Shown: positions 37,336 to 46,858, counted from the first letter of the stretch. The stretch is DNA of 64,000 bases from an uncultured Candidatus Saccharibacteria bacterium (GCA_964510435.1 CAZEBU010000002.1:5458-69457); one strand, 5' to 3'. Program-made: numbers and translations. The notes: generated by a model from the letters alone, not told the origin.

Positions 37336-38592
37336 TTACTGCAAGAAACTTTGATAATTTCTAGTCACCATCATTGACTCCACTTGCCTAATTGTATCAA
37401 GAACAACAGAAACCACAATTAACATGCTGGTTCCTCCTATCGCTAAACTAGTAAAACCTGTAGAAGCTTGAATAAAATAAGGTAATATTGCAATTAATCC
37501 CAAAAAAATGGCTCCCGACAAAGTTAGCCTCAAAGTAATACCCTTGAGAAACTCAGCAGTTGACTTACCCGGCCTGATGCCGGGAATAAACCCACCTCTC
37601 TTTTTAATGTCGTCAGCTATTTTTGCCGGATCAAATTGCATGAAGGTATAAAAGAAAGTGAAACCAAAAACCAATAAAAAGTATAAAAGATTATACAAGG
37701 CTGAGGTTTGCGCAAAATTAACCGCTAAAAACCCACCTATTTTATTTAGTACCGGCGAAGCGGTCGCTAACAACGGTCCGCTTATTAGAGAGGGTACCAG
37801 CACCAACGAAACAGCGAAAATAATAGGGATGACACCTGCTTGGTTTATTTTGATCGGCAAAAAATTAGTTACTCTCTGCGATCTTACACCACGTCTTCCG
37901 TATTCTATGGGAATATTTCTCGTTCCCTCATTCACCAGCACAATGGCCACAATGACTACTACAGCTAAAGCCAGAAAAACAATAATAGTAATAAGACCGT
38001 AACTATCAAGTAAAGAGATAAAACTTAGGACACCGCTAGGTAGCCGGCTAATAATACCTACAAAAATTAACATAGAAATTCCCTGTCCTATACCATATTC
38101 GGTAACCAAATCACCAAGCCAGATCATGATCATAGAACCACTCACAAATGAGAAAAGTAAAACACTCAATTCAAGAGACCCCAGTGTACTGATAACTGTT
38201 TGCCGGCTGAGTAAAAAGTACACGCCATACCCTTGAACCATTGCCAAAGGTATAGTTAAAAGTTTTGTATACAAGTTAATCTTTTCCCTACCGGCTTCTC
38301 CCTCACGTGATAACTCATCGAGTGCAGGAATCATTTTTGTAAATAATTGTATAATGATCGAGGCGTTTATATATGGGCCTAAACCTAAAGTAACAATAGA
38401 AAAATTTTGGAAGCCGCCTCCGCTAAATAGATCAAACATACCAAACAAGGCATTGCTTCCTAAAAAAGATCTTACTGCTGCCAGATCAACTCCGGGAACA
38501 GGTATATGTGCTAGGACACGGAAAATTATAATTACTAATAATGAAAAAAATATCTTTTTTCTTAATTCTTCGTTCTTTAATATCTTGATCAT
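37336..38592 (-). CDS. secY: Preprotein translocase subunit SecY
   Basis: Length is 418 aa with 10 TMs. It is located between rplO and adk. Confidence 0.95.
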   Translation of the reverse strand: MIKILKNEELRKKIFFSLLVIIIFRVLAHIPVPGVDLAAVRSFLGSNALFGMFDLFSGGGFQNFSIVTLGLGPYINASIIIQLFTKMIPALDELSREGEAGREKINLYTKLLTIPLAMVQGYGVYFLLSRQTVISTLGSLELSVLLFSFVSGSMIMIWLGDLVTEYGIGQGISMLIFVGIISRLPSGVLSFISLLDSYGLITIIVFLALAVVVIVAIVLVNEGTRNIPIEYGRRGVRSQRVTNFLPIKINQAGVIPIIFAVSLVLVPSLISGPLLATASPVLNKIGGFLAVNFAQTSALYNLLYFLLVFGFTFFYTFMQFDPAKIADDIKKRGGFIPGIRPGKSTAEFLKGITLRLTLSGAIFLGLIAILPYFIQASTGFTSLAIGGTSMLIVVSVVLDTIRQVESMMVTRNYQSFLQ

Positions 38593-38593
38593 T

Positions 38594-39043
38594 TTATTTC
38601 TCGATTATTTTAGAACCGCTTTTTTCGATTTTATCCTTCGCTCCTTTACTCACCATCACATCTTCGATCTCCAGCTTCTTATGAAGTTCACCATTAGAAA
38701 TAATTTTAACACCATGTTTCGGTGTACTGCTAATAATACCTTTCTGCAGCAATGTCTCCGGATTGACTTTGTCTCCATCCTGGAAAGAATTGAGTCTTAC
38801 TAGGGATACCACCGCAATATCTTTTCTACGATGATTCTTAAAACCGGATTTTTTAGGGATTTTTTTGTATAGGGGTACTTGTCCGCCCTCGAATCCCAGG
38901 GGGATCTTTCCGCTACCCCGGGATTTCTGACCTTTTGTCCCTAGACCAATTGTATGACCACCCTTACCGCTACCATATCCCCTTCCAACTCTCTTTTTCT
39001 TATTCCTATTAGTTTTTCTTTTCCTTAAATTATGAAGTTCCAT
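38594..39043 (-). CDS. rplO: 50S ribosomal protein L15
   Basis: The Gly-rich N-terminus is KRVGRGYGSGKGGHTIGLGTKGQKSRGSG. Confidence 0.95.
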   Translation of the reverse strand: MELHNLRKRKTNRNKKKRVGRGYGSGKGGHTIGLGTKGQKSRGSGKIPLGFEGGQVPLYKKIPKKSGFKNHRRKDIAVVSLVRLNSFQDGDKVNPETLLQKGIISSTPKHGVKIISNGELHKKLEIEDVMVSKGAKDKIEKSGSKIIEK

Positions 39044-39044
39044 C

Positions 39045-39506
39045 TTAAACTTTCCTCAGTTTCTTTAGGGCTAAAATCGTACATCTAACGTTAGCCAGCT
39101 TATTACTGGATCCCAGCATTTTAGCCGAAACATTCTTAGCTCCTGCAAGCTCTAAAACTGCTCTTACCGGACCGCCGGCAATGATACCCGACCCTTCAGG
39201 AGCCGGTTTTAACAGTACCCTTGCTGCTGCATACTTATGAAGTACTTCATGAGGAATAGTGGAATTCTGAAGATTTACCTCAACCACATTATCTTTTGCT
39301 TTACTTACAGCCTTTTGAATAGCCCTGGAAACGTCTTTTGCTCTACCTAAAGCTGATCCTACCTTTCCCTTCTTATTCCCTACAATTACCAAAGCCGTAA
39401 ATCCAATAGCGTTACCTCCAGTGACTTTCTTAGATACCCTTTTTATATGATATACCCTCTCTTCTAACTCCTGTCCTTTTACAAAACCTCTGTTGCCCGG
39501 AATCAT
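39045..39506 (-). CDS. rpsE: 30S ribosomal protein S5. It is immediately followed by rplO, so no L30 gene is present.
   Basis: VTGGNAIGFTALVIVGN is present. There is a 1-nt gap to rplO. Confidence 0.95.
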   Translation of the reverse strand: MIPGNRGFVKGQELEERVYHIKRVSKKVTGGNAIGFTALVIVGNKKGKVGSALGRAKDVSRAIQKAVSKAKDNVVEVNLQNSTIPHEVLHKYAAARVLLKPAPEGSGIIAGGPVRAVLELAGAKNVSAKMLGSSNKLANVRCTILALKKLRKV

Positions 39507-39865
39507 AATTTAAGACCTCCTTCCCCAGCGCCCTCAGCAATTTGTTTAACTCTGCCATGATATTTATAGCCATTTCTATCAAAAACCACACTTATAATGT
39601 TTTTCTCCAGCGCTTTTTTCGCCAACAGCTTACCGATCTCAAAAGAGGCTTCAGTTTTGTTAACCTTCTTATGCATCTTCTTAACTTCTTTAAATGAAAG
39701 ACCTAGTAAAGTTTTCCCCCTGCTGTCATCAATGATCTGGCCATAGCAATAACTGTTAGACCTAAAAACAGATAATCTAGGTCTCTTCTCCGTACCAAAT
39801 ACCTTTTTTCTAACTCTTAATTTTCGTCTATCACTTTTACTTTTTCTTAAAATCACTTTACCCAT
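39503..39865 (-). CDS. rplR: 50S ribosomal protein L18
   Basis: RPRLSVFRSNSYCYGQIIDD is present. Confidence 0.9.
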   Translation of the reverse strand: MGKVILRKSKSDRRKLRVRKKVFGTEKRPRLSVFRSNSYCYGQIIDDSRGKTLLGLSFKEVKKMHKKVNKTEASFEIGKLLAKKALEKNIISVVFDRNGYKYHGRVKQIAEGAGEGGLKL

Positions 39866-40407
39866 TATTGAACCTTTCCTGCCTTACCTGGCTTAGTTTT
39901 TACCACCTCTCCCGAATATCTTATACCCTTGCCTTTATATGGCTCCGGTTTTCTTAGGGACCTTATCTTTGCCGCCGTCAGTCCAACTAGCTGCTTATCA
40001 ATTCCCTTAACGGTAATATTCTTGTTGTCCTCTACGATAAGTTCGATACCATCAGGTTTTTTAAATTCCACCGGATGTGAATAACCTAAAGTCAATACCA
40101 TTCCATCGGAGACGCTTTTAGCACGGTAACCAACTCCCACTAATTCTAATTTCTTTTCGTAACCTGCTGTAACACCCTTGATCATATTATTTATTAAAGC
40201 TCTGGTTAATCCCCAATAAGCACCAGCTTTTTTACTTTCAAGCTTAACAGTAACAACCAACTCACCATCTTGGTTAACAACGTCAATTTCCGGCCTTTTA
40301 GTTATGCTCAACTCATTATTGGCATGCTTCACAGTAACTAAATCACCCTCTATTGTTACCTCAACGTTTTCCGGAATTTTAATTGGTGATCTACCTATAC
40401 GTGACAT
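39865..40407 (-). CDS. rplF: 50S ribosomal protein L6
   Basis: The N-terminus is MSRIGRSPIKIPENVEV. Confidence 0.95.
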   Translation of the reverse strand: MSRIGRSPIKIPENVEVTIEGDLVTVKHANNELSITKRPEIDVVNQDGELVVTVKLESKKAGAYWGLTRALINNMIKGVTAGYEKKLELVGVGYRAKSVSDGMVLTLGYSHPVEFKKPDGIELIVEDNKNITVKGIDKQLVGLTAAKIRSLRKPEPYKGKGIRYSGEVVKTKPGKAGKVQ

Positions 40408-40409
40408 AA

Positions 40410-40808
40410 TTAATAAACCCTACAAATTACCTCTCCCCCCAGATTTTTCTTCTTAGCTTCATACCCGCTCATTATTCCTCGGGAGGTAGTTACCACCAAC
40501 ACTCCCGAACCTCCTACTACAGGTTTAATTTCCGTACTACTTGTATATAATCTTCTGCCCGGTTTGGAGATCCTTTTGATCTCCGTTAACCTAAAACCTT
40601 CACCTTCTCTGGTTAGATCTATTCTCAATCGTTTATAACTTTTTCCTTTTTCTTTGAAAACCCTCACATCGTCTAAGTAGCCGGCCTTCTTAAGGACCTT
40701 AGCAATATCCTCACATTCTTTCGAATAAAAAGTCTCAATGCTCGAATTGCCCGCCATAGCAGCGTTTTTTACTGAACTTAGCATGTTTGATATTCTGTCT
40801 AAACTCAT
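40410..40808 (-). CDS. rpsH: 30S ribosomal protein S8
   Basis: Length is 132 aa, ending ...GGEVICRVY. Confidence 0.95.
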   Translation of the reverse strand: MSLDRISNMLSSVKNAAMAGNSSIETFYSKECEDIAKVLKKAGYLDDVRVFKEKGKSYKRLRIDLTREGEGFRLTEIKRISKPGRRLYTSSTEIKPVVGGSGVLVVTTSRGIMSGYEAKKKNLGGEVICRVY

Positions 40809-40810
40809 AT

Positions 40811-40999
40811 CTACCAGCTTGCTTTCTGCACTCCGGGAAGCTCACCCCTATGCGCCAGTTCTCTAAAACACTTTCTGCAAATTTCAAATCTTCTCATAAA
40901 GCCTCTGGGATTAGCACAAATCCTACAGCGATTGTATTTTCTAACTTCAAATCTAAATTTACCTTTGCTATGCTTTTGTTTTAATGCTTCTTTAGCCAT
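40811..40999 (-). CDS. rpsN: 30S ribosomal protein S14, zinc-ribbon type Z (62 aa)
   Basis: CRICANPRGFMRRFEICRKCFREL contains the CxxC...CxxC zinc ribbon. Confidence 0.95.
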   Translation of the reverse strand: MAKEALKQKHSKGKFRFEVRKYNRCRICANPRGFMRRFEICRKCFRELAHRGELPGVQKASW

Positions 41000-41036
41000 A
41001 CTAGCTTGTTAATATATCACTTTCATGAATAATTTT

Positions 41037-41606
41037 CTATTTGTTTTCATCTATTTCTTCTTTAAACGGCATGCCGATTTTTTTAAGTAACGAACGGTTC
41101 AACTCTTTATCGGAACTAGAACTCACAATGGTCACCTGCATATGTCGTATTCCTTTTGTGGTATTAGGATCCACCTCCGGGAAAATAATATGCTCAGTAA
41201 TTCCTAGAGAATAATTACCTGCATCATCAAACGAATCCTCATTCAAACCTCTAAAGTCGCGAATTCTTGGTATGGATACATTTATTAATTTATCCAAGAA
41301 TGCCCACATATGATCTCCTCTTAAAGTAGCTGCATATCCTACTACGTCGCCTTTTCTAATTTTAAAGCCGGACTCAGATAACCTTGCTTTTCTGGGATAG
41401 GGCTTTTGGCCCAATAAAAGAGTAAGATCATGCTCGAAGCTTTCCACCGCATCCCTACTCTCTCTAAAAGAACCTATACCGGCGTTAACCACAATTTTAA
41501 TTAATCTTGGCACCTGCATAACATTTTTTAAACCAAATTCCTTTTTCATGGCGGGTACTATTTTTTTAAGATAGTTTTCTTTTAACCTGGTCATTTTATT
41601 TATCAA
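41037..41606 (-). CDS. rplE: 50S ribosomal protein L5
   Basis: Position and sequence agree (..VMQVPRLIKIVVNAGIG..). Confidence 0.95.
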   Translation of the reverse strand: MINKMTRLKENYLKKIVPAMKKEFGLKNVMQVPRLIKIVVNAGIGSFRESRDAVESFEHDLTLLLGQKPYPRKARLSESGFKIRKGDVVGYAATLRGDHMWAFLDKLINVSIPRIRDFRGLNEDSFDDAGNYSLGITEHIIFPEVDPNTTKGIRHMQVTIVSSSSDKELNRSLLKKIGMPFKEEIDENK

Positions 41607-41919
41607 TTACCTCATTGGTAACTTTATTAACTCGGTATTTTTTTCCGTCAACTACCTTAATACCAAGCCTTATAGGCCGGCCAAGTTGATCATCAAAGTA
41701 CATCACATTTGAAACGCTGATCGGTGCTTCCTTTTTTATAATACCGCCCTCCTTAGATACCGCTCCCGGCTTAACGTGTCGCTTTACTATGTTAACCCCT
41801 TCCACAACCACCCTACTTGTCTGCAAATTAACCCTAAGCACACTACCAATCTTCCCTAAATCTTTCCCGGAGATCACTTTTACCTTGTCACCCTTTTTGA
41901 TCTTCATAATTTTTACCAA
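41596..41919 (-). CDS. rplX: 50S ribosomal protein L24
   Basis: KIKKGDKVKVISGKDLGK shows the KOW motif. Confidence 0.95.
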   Translation of the reverse strand: MVKIMKIKKGDKVKVISGKDLGKIGSVLRVNLQTSRVVVEGVNIVKRHVKPGAVSKEGGIIKKEAPISVSNVMYFDDQLGRPIRLGIKVVDGKKYRVNKVTNEVIDK

Positions 41920-42281
41920 ACCTCCTTAGCTAAAGAGGCAATTTTTAAGAAACCCTCATCTCTTATTTCCCTAGCAATAGGACCAAACACACGAGTTCCA
42001 ACCATGTTCTTATCCTTACTTATCACCACAGCCGCATTATCATCAAACCTTATGTAACTGCCGTCTTTCCTTCTAACTTCTTTTCTTGTCCTGACGATCA
42101 AGGCACGAATAATTGTATGGTCTTTTAGCGCTCCCGCCGCGGTTGCACCGCTTACCACCGCGCTAACCGTGTCACCTACGGTAGCAAATCTCCTACCTGA
42201 ACTCCCGGGAATACCAATCAGTTTTAGTTTTTTGGCTCCCGAATTATCCGCTACATTTAGTACTGTACCTACTTGCACCAT
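41913..42281 (-). CDS. rplN: 50S ribosomal protein L14
   Basis: The N-terminus is MVQVGTVLNVADNSGAKK. Confidence 0.95.
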   Translation of the reverse strand: MVQVGTVLNVADNSGAKKLKLIGIPGSSGRRFATVGDTVSAVVSGATAAGALKDHTIIRALIVRTRKEVRRKDGSYIRFDDNAAVVISKDKNMVGTRVFGPIAREIRDEGFLKIASLAKEVW

Positions 42282-42283
42282 AA

Positions 42284-42529
42284 TTACCCCTTATCCTTTG
42301 ATAAATCCTTTATAACTTTCCAGGTTACGGATTTACTATAAGGGGGCACTTCCTCAATGAGCACCGTATCACCCGTTTTAACTCCTAATTCATCCCTGGC
42401 CATAAATTTCTTTGTTCCTCTAACTAATTTCTTATATACAGGATGTCTTTTTTGTACCTTAACTGATACAACAACCGTTTTTTCCATTCTGTCTGAAATA
42501 ACTGTTCCTTCTAACTTTTTTTTAGGCAT
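42284..42529 (-). CDS. rpsQ: 30S ribosomal protein S17
   Basis: KLEGTVISDRMEKTVVVSV is present. Confidence 0.95.
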   Translation of the reverse strand: MPKKKLEGTVISDRMEKTVVVSVKVQKRHPVYKKLVRGTKKFMARDELGVKTGDTVLIEEVPPYSKSVTWKVIKDLSKDKG

Positions 42530-42734
42530 TTTTTGTATCCTCCAAAAATCTCTTCTCCGAAATAATTGTTTTTAGACGAGCAATATCTTTACGAAAATAC
42601 TTCATTTTCGAAACATTCTTATCTTTGCCTTTAAAAAGATCGCTCATCTGCTTTTGTAAATTTACTACTTGCTTAGAAAGTATTTCGTTTAATTCATTTA
42701 TGTTTTTGGTTCTTAAATCTCTTGCTTTTAACAT
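42522..42734 (-). CDS. rpmC: 50S ribosomal protein L29
   Basis: Length is 70 aa. The N-terminus is MLKARDLRTKNINELNE. Confidence 0.9.
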   Translation of the reverse strand: MLKARDLRTKNINELNEILSKQVVNLQKQMSDLFKGKDKNVSKMKYFRKDIARLKTIISEKRFLEDTKNA

Positions 42735-42741
42735 AATTATT

Positions 42742-43149
42742 TTATTCCCTCATCACAAACCTTGTTTTAAGTGGCAATTTATCAGCAGCTCTTCTAAAAG
42801 CTGCCCTGGCAATGTCCTCAGTTACGCCTGATATTTCAAAAATTATCTTTCCCGGTTTTACCACGGCTGCAAAGTGATCCGGAGGTGATTTCCCACTACC
42901 CATTCTTGTTTCCTGAGGTTTTTTAGAAACTGACTTATGCGGGAATACTCTAATCCATAACTTACCACCTCTTTTTGTCTTATGACTTATCGCTTTTCTT
43001 GCTGCCTCGATCTGTCTTGAAGTAAGCAAACCCCTATCTTCCGACTTTAATGCGTATTCACCAAATGAGACTGTGCTACCTCTAATTGCTACACCCTTAT
43101 TAGTACCTCTTTGATGTTTTCTATATTTCACTTTCTTCGGCATTAACAT
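42742..43149 (-). CDS. rplP: 50S ribosomal protein L16
   Basis: The N-terminus is [15 protein letters not shown]. Confidence 0.95.
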   Translation of the reverse strand: MLMPKKVKYRKHQRGTNKGVAIRGSTVSFGEYALKSEDRGLLTSRQIEAARKAISHKTKRGGKLWIRVFPHKSVSKKPQETRMGSGKSPPDHFAAVVKPGKIIFEISGVTEDIARAAFRRAADKLPLKTRFVMRE

Positions 43150-43182
43150 ATATGTACACTCCTAGGCTTTTAAAAAAACCTC

Positions 43183-43815
43183 TTACAATTCTATTTCTCC
43201 TTTGTAGATCCAAACTTTTACCCCCACTGTTCCGTACAACAAATTACAATTCACTTGAGCATAATCGATATCTGCTCTTAAAGTCTGCAAAGGAACTGGG
43301 CCGTTTTTATACTTTTCGGTACGGGCAATTGTGTTGCTGCCACTTAGCAACCCTTTAACTTGGATCTTAATTCCCTTCACACCCTTATCCATGGCAGTAT
43401 TTATAGCATTGTTAGCTATCCTTCTAGCTGGTATCCGCCTTTTTAGCTGCCTACAGATGTATTGGGCTACTAACTCGGCTTCTATCTCAGGTGTCTTAAT
43501 TTCCTCTACGCTAATTTTTATTTTGGAATCAGTCATTTTTTTTAACTCTTTCTCTGTGGCCTCTATTCCAGATCCTGCTCTTCCAATAACTATACCCGGC
43601 TTTGATACCTTAACTTGAATTCTTAATTCATTGACTGCCCTTTCTATCTCTACACTCTTAAGACCTGCCATATCAAGCCTTTTTTTAAGTAATTCACGAA
43701 TTTTATAATCTTCGTAAACATTCTTGGCATAACCTTTCTTATCCGAAAACCATCTGGATTTCCAATCTTTGGTTATTCCTAATCTAAATCCATAAGGATG
43801 TATCTTTTGACCCAT
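43183..43815 (-). CDS. rpsC: 30S ribosomal protein S3
   Basis: MGQKIHPYGFRLGITKDW shows the KH domain. Confidence 0.95.
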   Translation of the reverse strand: MGQKIHPYGFRLGITKDWKSRWFSDKKGYAKNVYEDYKIRELLKKRLDMAGLKSVEIERAVNELRIQVKVSKPGIVIGRAGSGIEATEKELKKMTDSKIKISVEEIKTPEIEAELVAQYICRQLKRRIPARRIANNAINTAMDKGVKGIKIQVKGLLSGSNTIARTEKYKNGPVPLQTLRADIDYAQVNCNLLYGTVGVKVWIYKGEIEL

Positions 43816-43816
43816 G

Positions 43817-44212
43817 CTACTTTTTCTTGGTTACCTTTCTAATCCGTCCTTTGCTTTCTACGGGCTCTACCTTAGTGGACGACAAACCAATTACTATATG
43901 ACTATTCCTCTTAAGAATAGGGTCAAATCTTCCCTTTGACCCCATACGACCGAATTTGTATGTTCTTGCTTGATTTGCATATACTTCGGAGAGATAGAGC
44001 TTTTCCGGATCCAAATTATAGTTATTTTTTGCATTAGATTCCGCTGACTTTAAGACTTTTAAGACCATTTTTGCGGCCTTTGTATGATCAAAAGTGAGAA
44101 GAAGCTTAGCATCGTGCAGAGACCTGTCTTTAATCATATCTATAACAATACCCACCTTTTTAGGTGATATTCTGGCCATTTTGTGTTTTGCATAAACTTC
44201 CGCTTTACCCAT
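43817..44212 (-). CDS. rplV: 50S ribosomal protein L22
   Basis: MARISPKKVGIVIDMI is present. The likely start is MGKAEVYAK at 44212. The track ORF extends to 44272 into rpsS. Confidence 0.9.
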   Translation of the reverse strand: MGKAEVYAKHKMARISPKKVGIVIDMIKDRSLHDAKLLLTFDHTKAAKMVLKVLKSAESNAKNNYNLDPEKLYLSEVYANQARTYKFGRMGSKGRFDPILKRNSHIVIGLSSTKVEPVESKGRIRKVTKKK

Positions 44213-44228
44213 AAGATCCCAATAACAA

Positions 44229-44492
44229 TTACTTTTTTGAGGAGTGACCCCTAAACACTCTGGTAGGTGCAAATTCCCCTAGCTTGTGACCCACCATTGA
44301 TTCAGTTATATACACGGCAACATGTTTTCTTCCGTCATGCACTTCAAACGTCAACCCAACCATCTCAGGAGTGATAGTTGATCTTCTCGACCAAGTCTTT
44401 ATGGGAGTTTTCTTTCCTGACTCCAGGACTCTATTAATTTTTTTCTGTAGCTTTTCGTCTACATAAATACCTTTTTTCAGTGATCTACCCAT
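44229..44492 (-). CDS. rpsS: 30S ribosomal protein S19
   Basis: The N-terminus is [15 protein letters not shown]. Confidence 0.95.
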   Translation of the reverse strand: MGRSLKKGIYVDEKLQKKINRVLESGKKTPIKTWSRRSTITPEMVGLTFEVHDGRKHVAVYITESMVGHKLGEFAPTRVFRGHSSKK

Positions 44493-44497
44493 ATTAT

Positions 44498-45322
44498 TTA
44501 CCTCCTTTTAGTCTTTCTTTTTACAATATACTTATTTGTACTTTTTCTTCTTCGAGTTTTTTTACCTCTAGTTTTTTTACCCCAAGGAGTCTTTGGAGAA
44601 GGCATACCAATACCAGTATCCGAATAAGAACCTCCGTGAGGATGGGCATCAGTCCCCATAGCTACTCCACGTACCGCAGGTCTCCAGCCCAAGTGCCTTT
44701 TCTTTCCTGCCTTACCCACTCTGATATGTCTATGGTCAGCATTACTCAATCCACCAATTGTGGCATAACAAGCATCAATGATCATCTTTACCTCGCCGCT
44801 GGGCAGTTTGACGCTTGCATATTTTCCCTCTTTAGCCATAATTACTGCTGAATTACCCGCTCCCCGCGCAATTTGTCCTCCTCTACCGGGATTAATTTCG
44901 ACGTTGTGTATTTTAGTACTAAGTGGGATTTCACTCAAGGGAAGTGCATTCCCCACCTCCAAGGGAGCTTTCTTACCGGCCGTGATCTCCATACCTACTC
45001 TTAATCCCTCCGGTGATAATATATATCTTTTTTCTCCGTCGGCATAATTAATAAGAGCGATATTACAACCCCTGTTTGGATCGTGTTCGATAGTTGCCAC
45101 CTTGCCGGGAATATTCCTTTTATTTCTCTTAAAATCTATCACCCTATACTGTTTTTTTGCTCCTCTCTGTCTGTGCCTGGTAGATATTCTTCCCTTGTTT
45201 CTTCCCACCGGCCCTTTAAGTGATTTGGTGAGCTTTTTATTAGACTTAACCTTATCCACCTCTCTCACCAAAGTCTTCCTAAACCTTATTCCCGGACTTG
45301 TGGGTTTGAACGTCTTGATCAT
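44498..45322 (-). CDS. rplB: 50S ribosomal protein L2
   Basis: Length is 274 aa with a C-terminal GGGEGK-like basic tail. Confidence 0.95.
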   Translation of the reverse strand: MIKTFKPTSPGIRFRKTLVREVDKVKSNKKLTKSLKGPVGRNKGRISTRHRQRGAKKQYRVIDFKRNKRNIPGKVATIEHDPNRGCNIALINYADGEKRYILSPEGLRVGMEITAGKKAPLEVGNALPLSEIPLSTKIHNVEINPGRGGQIARGAGNSAVIMAKEGKYASVKLPSGEVKMIIDACYATIGGLSNADHRHIRVGKAGKKRHLGWRPAVRGVAMGTDAHPHGGSYSDTGIGMPSPKTPWGKKTRGKKTRRRKSTNKYIVKRKTKRR

Positions 45323-45324
45323 TT

Positions 45325-45612
45325 TTATTTACCTACAAGATCAATTTTCTGACCTTCTTTCAACTTAACAACCACTTTTTTCCATCCCCTCGTCTTAATA
45401 AAATTTCTGGTGCCAACTATCCTTCTCTTTTTTCCCGGCATTATCATGGTGTTTACTTTAACTACATCGACATCATAAAGTCTTTTCACTTCCAAAGCTA
45501 TAGCCCCCTTGGATGCTTTTTTGTTTGCCCTAAAGACATATTTTGACTCCGGCTCTAAAGCCAGGGTTTTTTCAGTCACTATTGGTTTTATAACTGTTTC
45601 ACTTAATCTCAT
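45325..45612 (-). CDS. rplW: 50S ribosomal protein L23
   Basis: Length is 95 aa and VIKPIVTEKT is present. Confidence 0.9.
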   Translation of the reverse strand: MRLSETVIKPIVTEKTLALEPESKYVFRANKKASKGAIALEVKRLYDVDVVKVNTMIMPGKKRRIVGTRNFIKTRGWKKVVVKLKEGQKIDLVGK

Positions 45613-46229
45613 TTGATCCTTTCCTGCAAACTAATCAGTGATTCCTCAGCAAATAGTACATTCTCACTGGAAATTAGATCAAAAGCATTGATGTTTTGAG
45701 CTAACGAACACTCCAGCTGTTTGACATTGGCGGTACTTTTTAAAACGTTCGCGTCACTCTTCTCTAAAACCACCAATGTCTTACCTGTTAAATTAAGGTT
45801 TTCTATCAGCTCTTTCATTTTTTTGGTGCTTGGTTTATTGAGTTTTACATGATCAACAACAAATATTTTTTTCCCCACATACTTCTCTGATAAAGCACTG
45901 ATCATAGTGGCTTTTTTCATTTTCTTGGGCATGGATAATTGCCAAGATTTAGGTTTTGGTCCGTGTGCGATACCTCCATGAACCCATAAAGGGCTTCTCC
46001 TCGAGCCGTGTCTGGCTCTGCCAGTACCTTTTTGCTTCCAAGGCTTCTTGCCTCCCCCAGACACCTCAGCCCTTGTCTTTGTAGCGGAAGTTCCTTGCCT
46101 TTTATTCGAACGGTAGACATGTATATATTGAGTTAACAGGTCACGGTTTACTTTTTGACCAAACACTTTTTTATCAAGTGTCACTTCTGAAACTTTTTTT
46201 CCTGTTTTATCAACTACGTCAACTTTCAT
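45609..46229 (-). CDS. rplD: 50S ribosomal protein L4
   Basis: Length is 206 aa. It is located between rplC and rplW. Confidence 0.9.
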   Translation of the reverse strand: MKVDVVDKTGKKVSEVTLDKKVFGQKVNRDLLTQYIHVYRSNKRQGTSATKTRAEVSGGGKKPWKQKGTGRARHGSRRSPLWVHGGIAHGPKPKSWQLSMPKKMKKATMISALSEKYVGKKIFVVDHVKLNKPSTKKMKELIENLNLTGKTLVVLEKSDANVLKSTANVKQLECSLAQNINAFDLISSENVLFAEESLISLQERIK

Positions 46230-46231
46230 AC

Positions 46232-46660
46232 CTAGTCCACAAGTAAAACTTTAACTTTAGAGTTTACTGCTCCTGGTATAGGGCCGGAAACCATAAACTC
46301 ACTGCCGTCTTTTGATACGTTAACAATTTTTAAACCCTTAATGGTCACATTCTTATTTCCGTGTCTGCCCGCCATTTTTTTACCTTTAAAAACACGACCG
46401 GGCGTCTGAGATCCTATAGACCCTGCTGCTCTTGGTTTATTAGATTGCCCATGCGTTGCTCGACCCCCTTTAAAACCCCACTTTTTCATTACTCCAGTGA
46501 AGCCTTTTCCTTTTGATCTTCCCGTAACGGCAACCTCTTTATCTAAATAATCACTTTCTATCCCGTCATCCGTTTTAATGATGGTCACAGGAACAACCTT
46601 ACCGTTCCCCAAAAATATCTGACTCATCTTTACTTTTTTTCCTTTTATAACTTTATTCAT
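46232..46660 (-). CDS. rplC: 50S ribosomal protein L3, reduced form (142 aa, versus about 210 aa typically)
   Basis: The N-terminus is KGKKVKMSQIFLGNGKVVPVTII. The core GKGFTGVMKKWGFKGGRATHGQS...GRVFKGKKMAGRHGN is conserved. About 65 aa of the usual N-terminal-domain insertion are absent. Confidence 0.9.
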   Translation of the reverse strand: MNKVIKGKKVKMSQIFLGNGKVVPVTIIKTDDGIESDYLDKEVAVTGRSKGKGFTGVMKKWGFKGGRATHGQSNKPRAAGSIGSQTPGRVFKGKKMAGRHGNKNVTIKGLKIVNVSKDGSEFMVSGPIPGAVNSKVKVLLVD

Positions 46661-46691
46661 CTTATTACCGCGTTATTCGTTTATACTCCAC

Positions 46692-46716
46692 AAAAAAAGC
46701 GCCCTTGGGGCGCCCC
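46692..46716 (-). terminator. GC-rich hairpin plus U7 (intrinsic terminator / attenuator) about 30 nt upstream of the rplC start codon
   Basis: The minus strand reads GGGGCGCCCCAAGGGCGC followed by TTTTTTT, with stem GCGCCC/GGGCGC. This stretch is unusually GC-rich for this genome. Confidence 0.55.
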
Positions 46717-46776
46717 ATATCGCAAGCTTTTTCCCAAGACATTAATAATCATGTACCTTTTTCAGTCACAATCTGC

Positions 46777-46808
46777 ATTATATCTTACTTTGCTCGATAA
46801 ATCACTTC
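46777..46808 (-). promoter_or_regulatory. Promoter-like P3 inside the rpsJ-rplC spacer. On the minus strand it reads GAAGTGATT -35, 17-nt spacer, TATAAT, then about 65 nt to the terminator hairpin.
   Basis: Plus strand attata is at 46777-46782 and aatcac at 46800-46805. It shares the TCA-N3-AGTGAY upstream element with P1 and P2. Confidence 0.4.
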
Positions 46809-46858
46809 TTGATAAATCTGGCTTCGTTCGATGTATTACTTCGTAATAGAACAAAATA

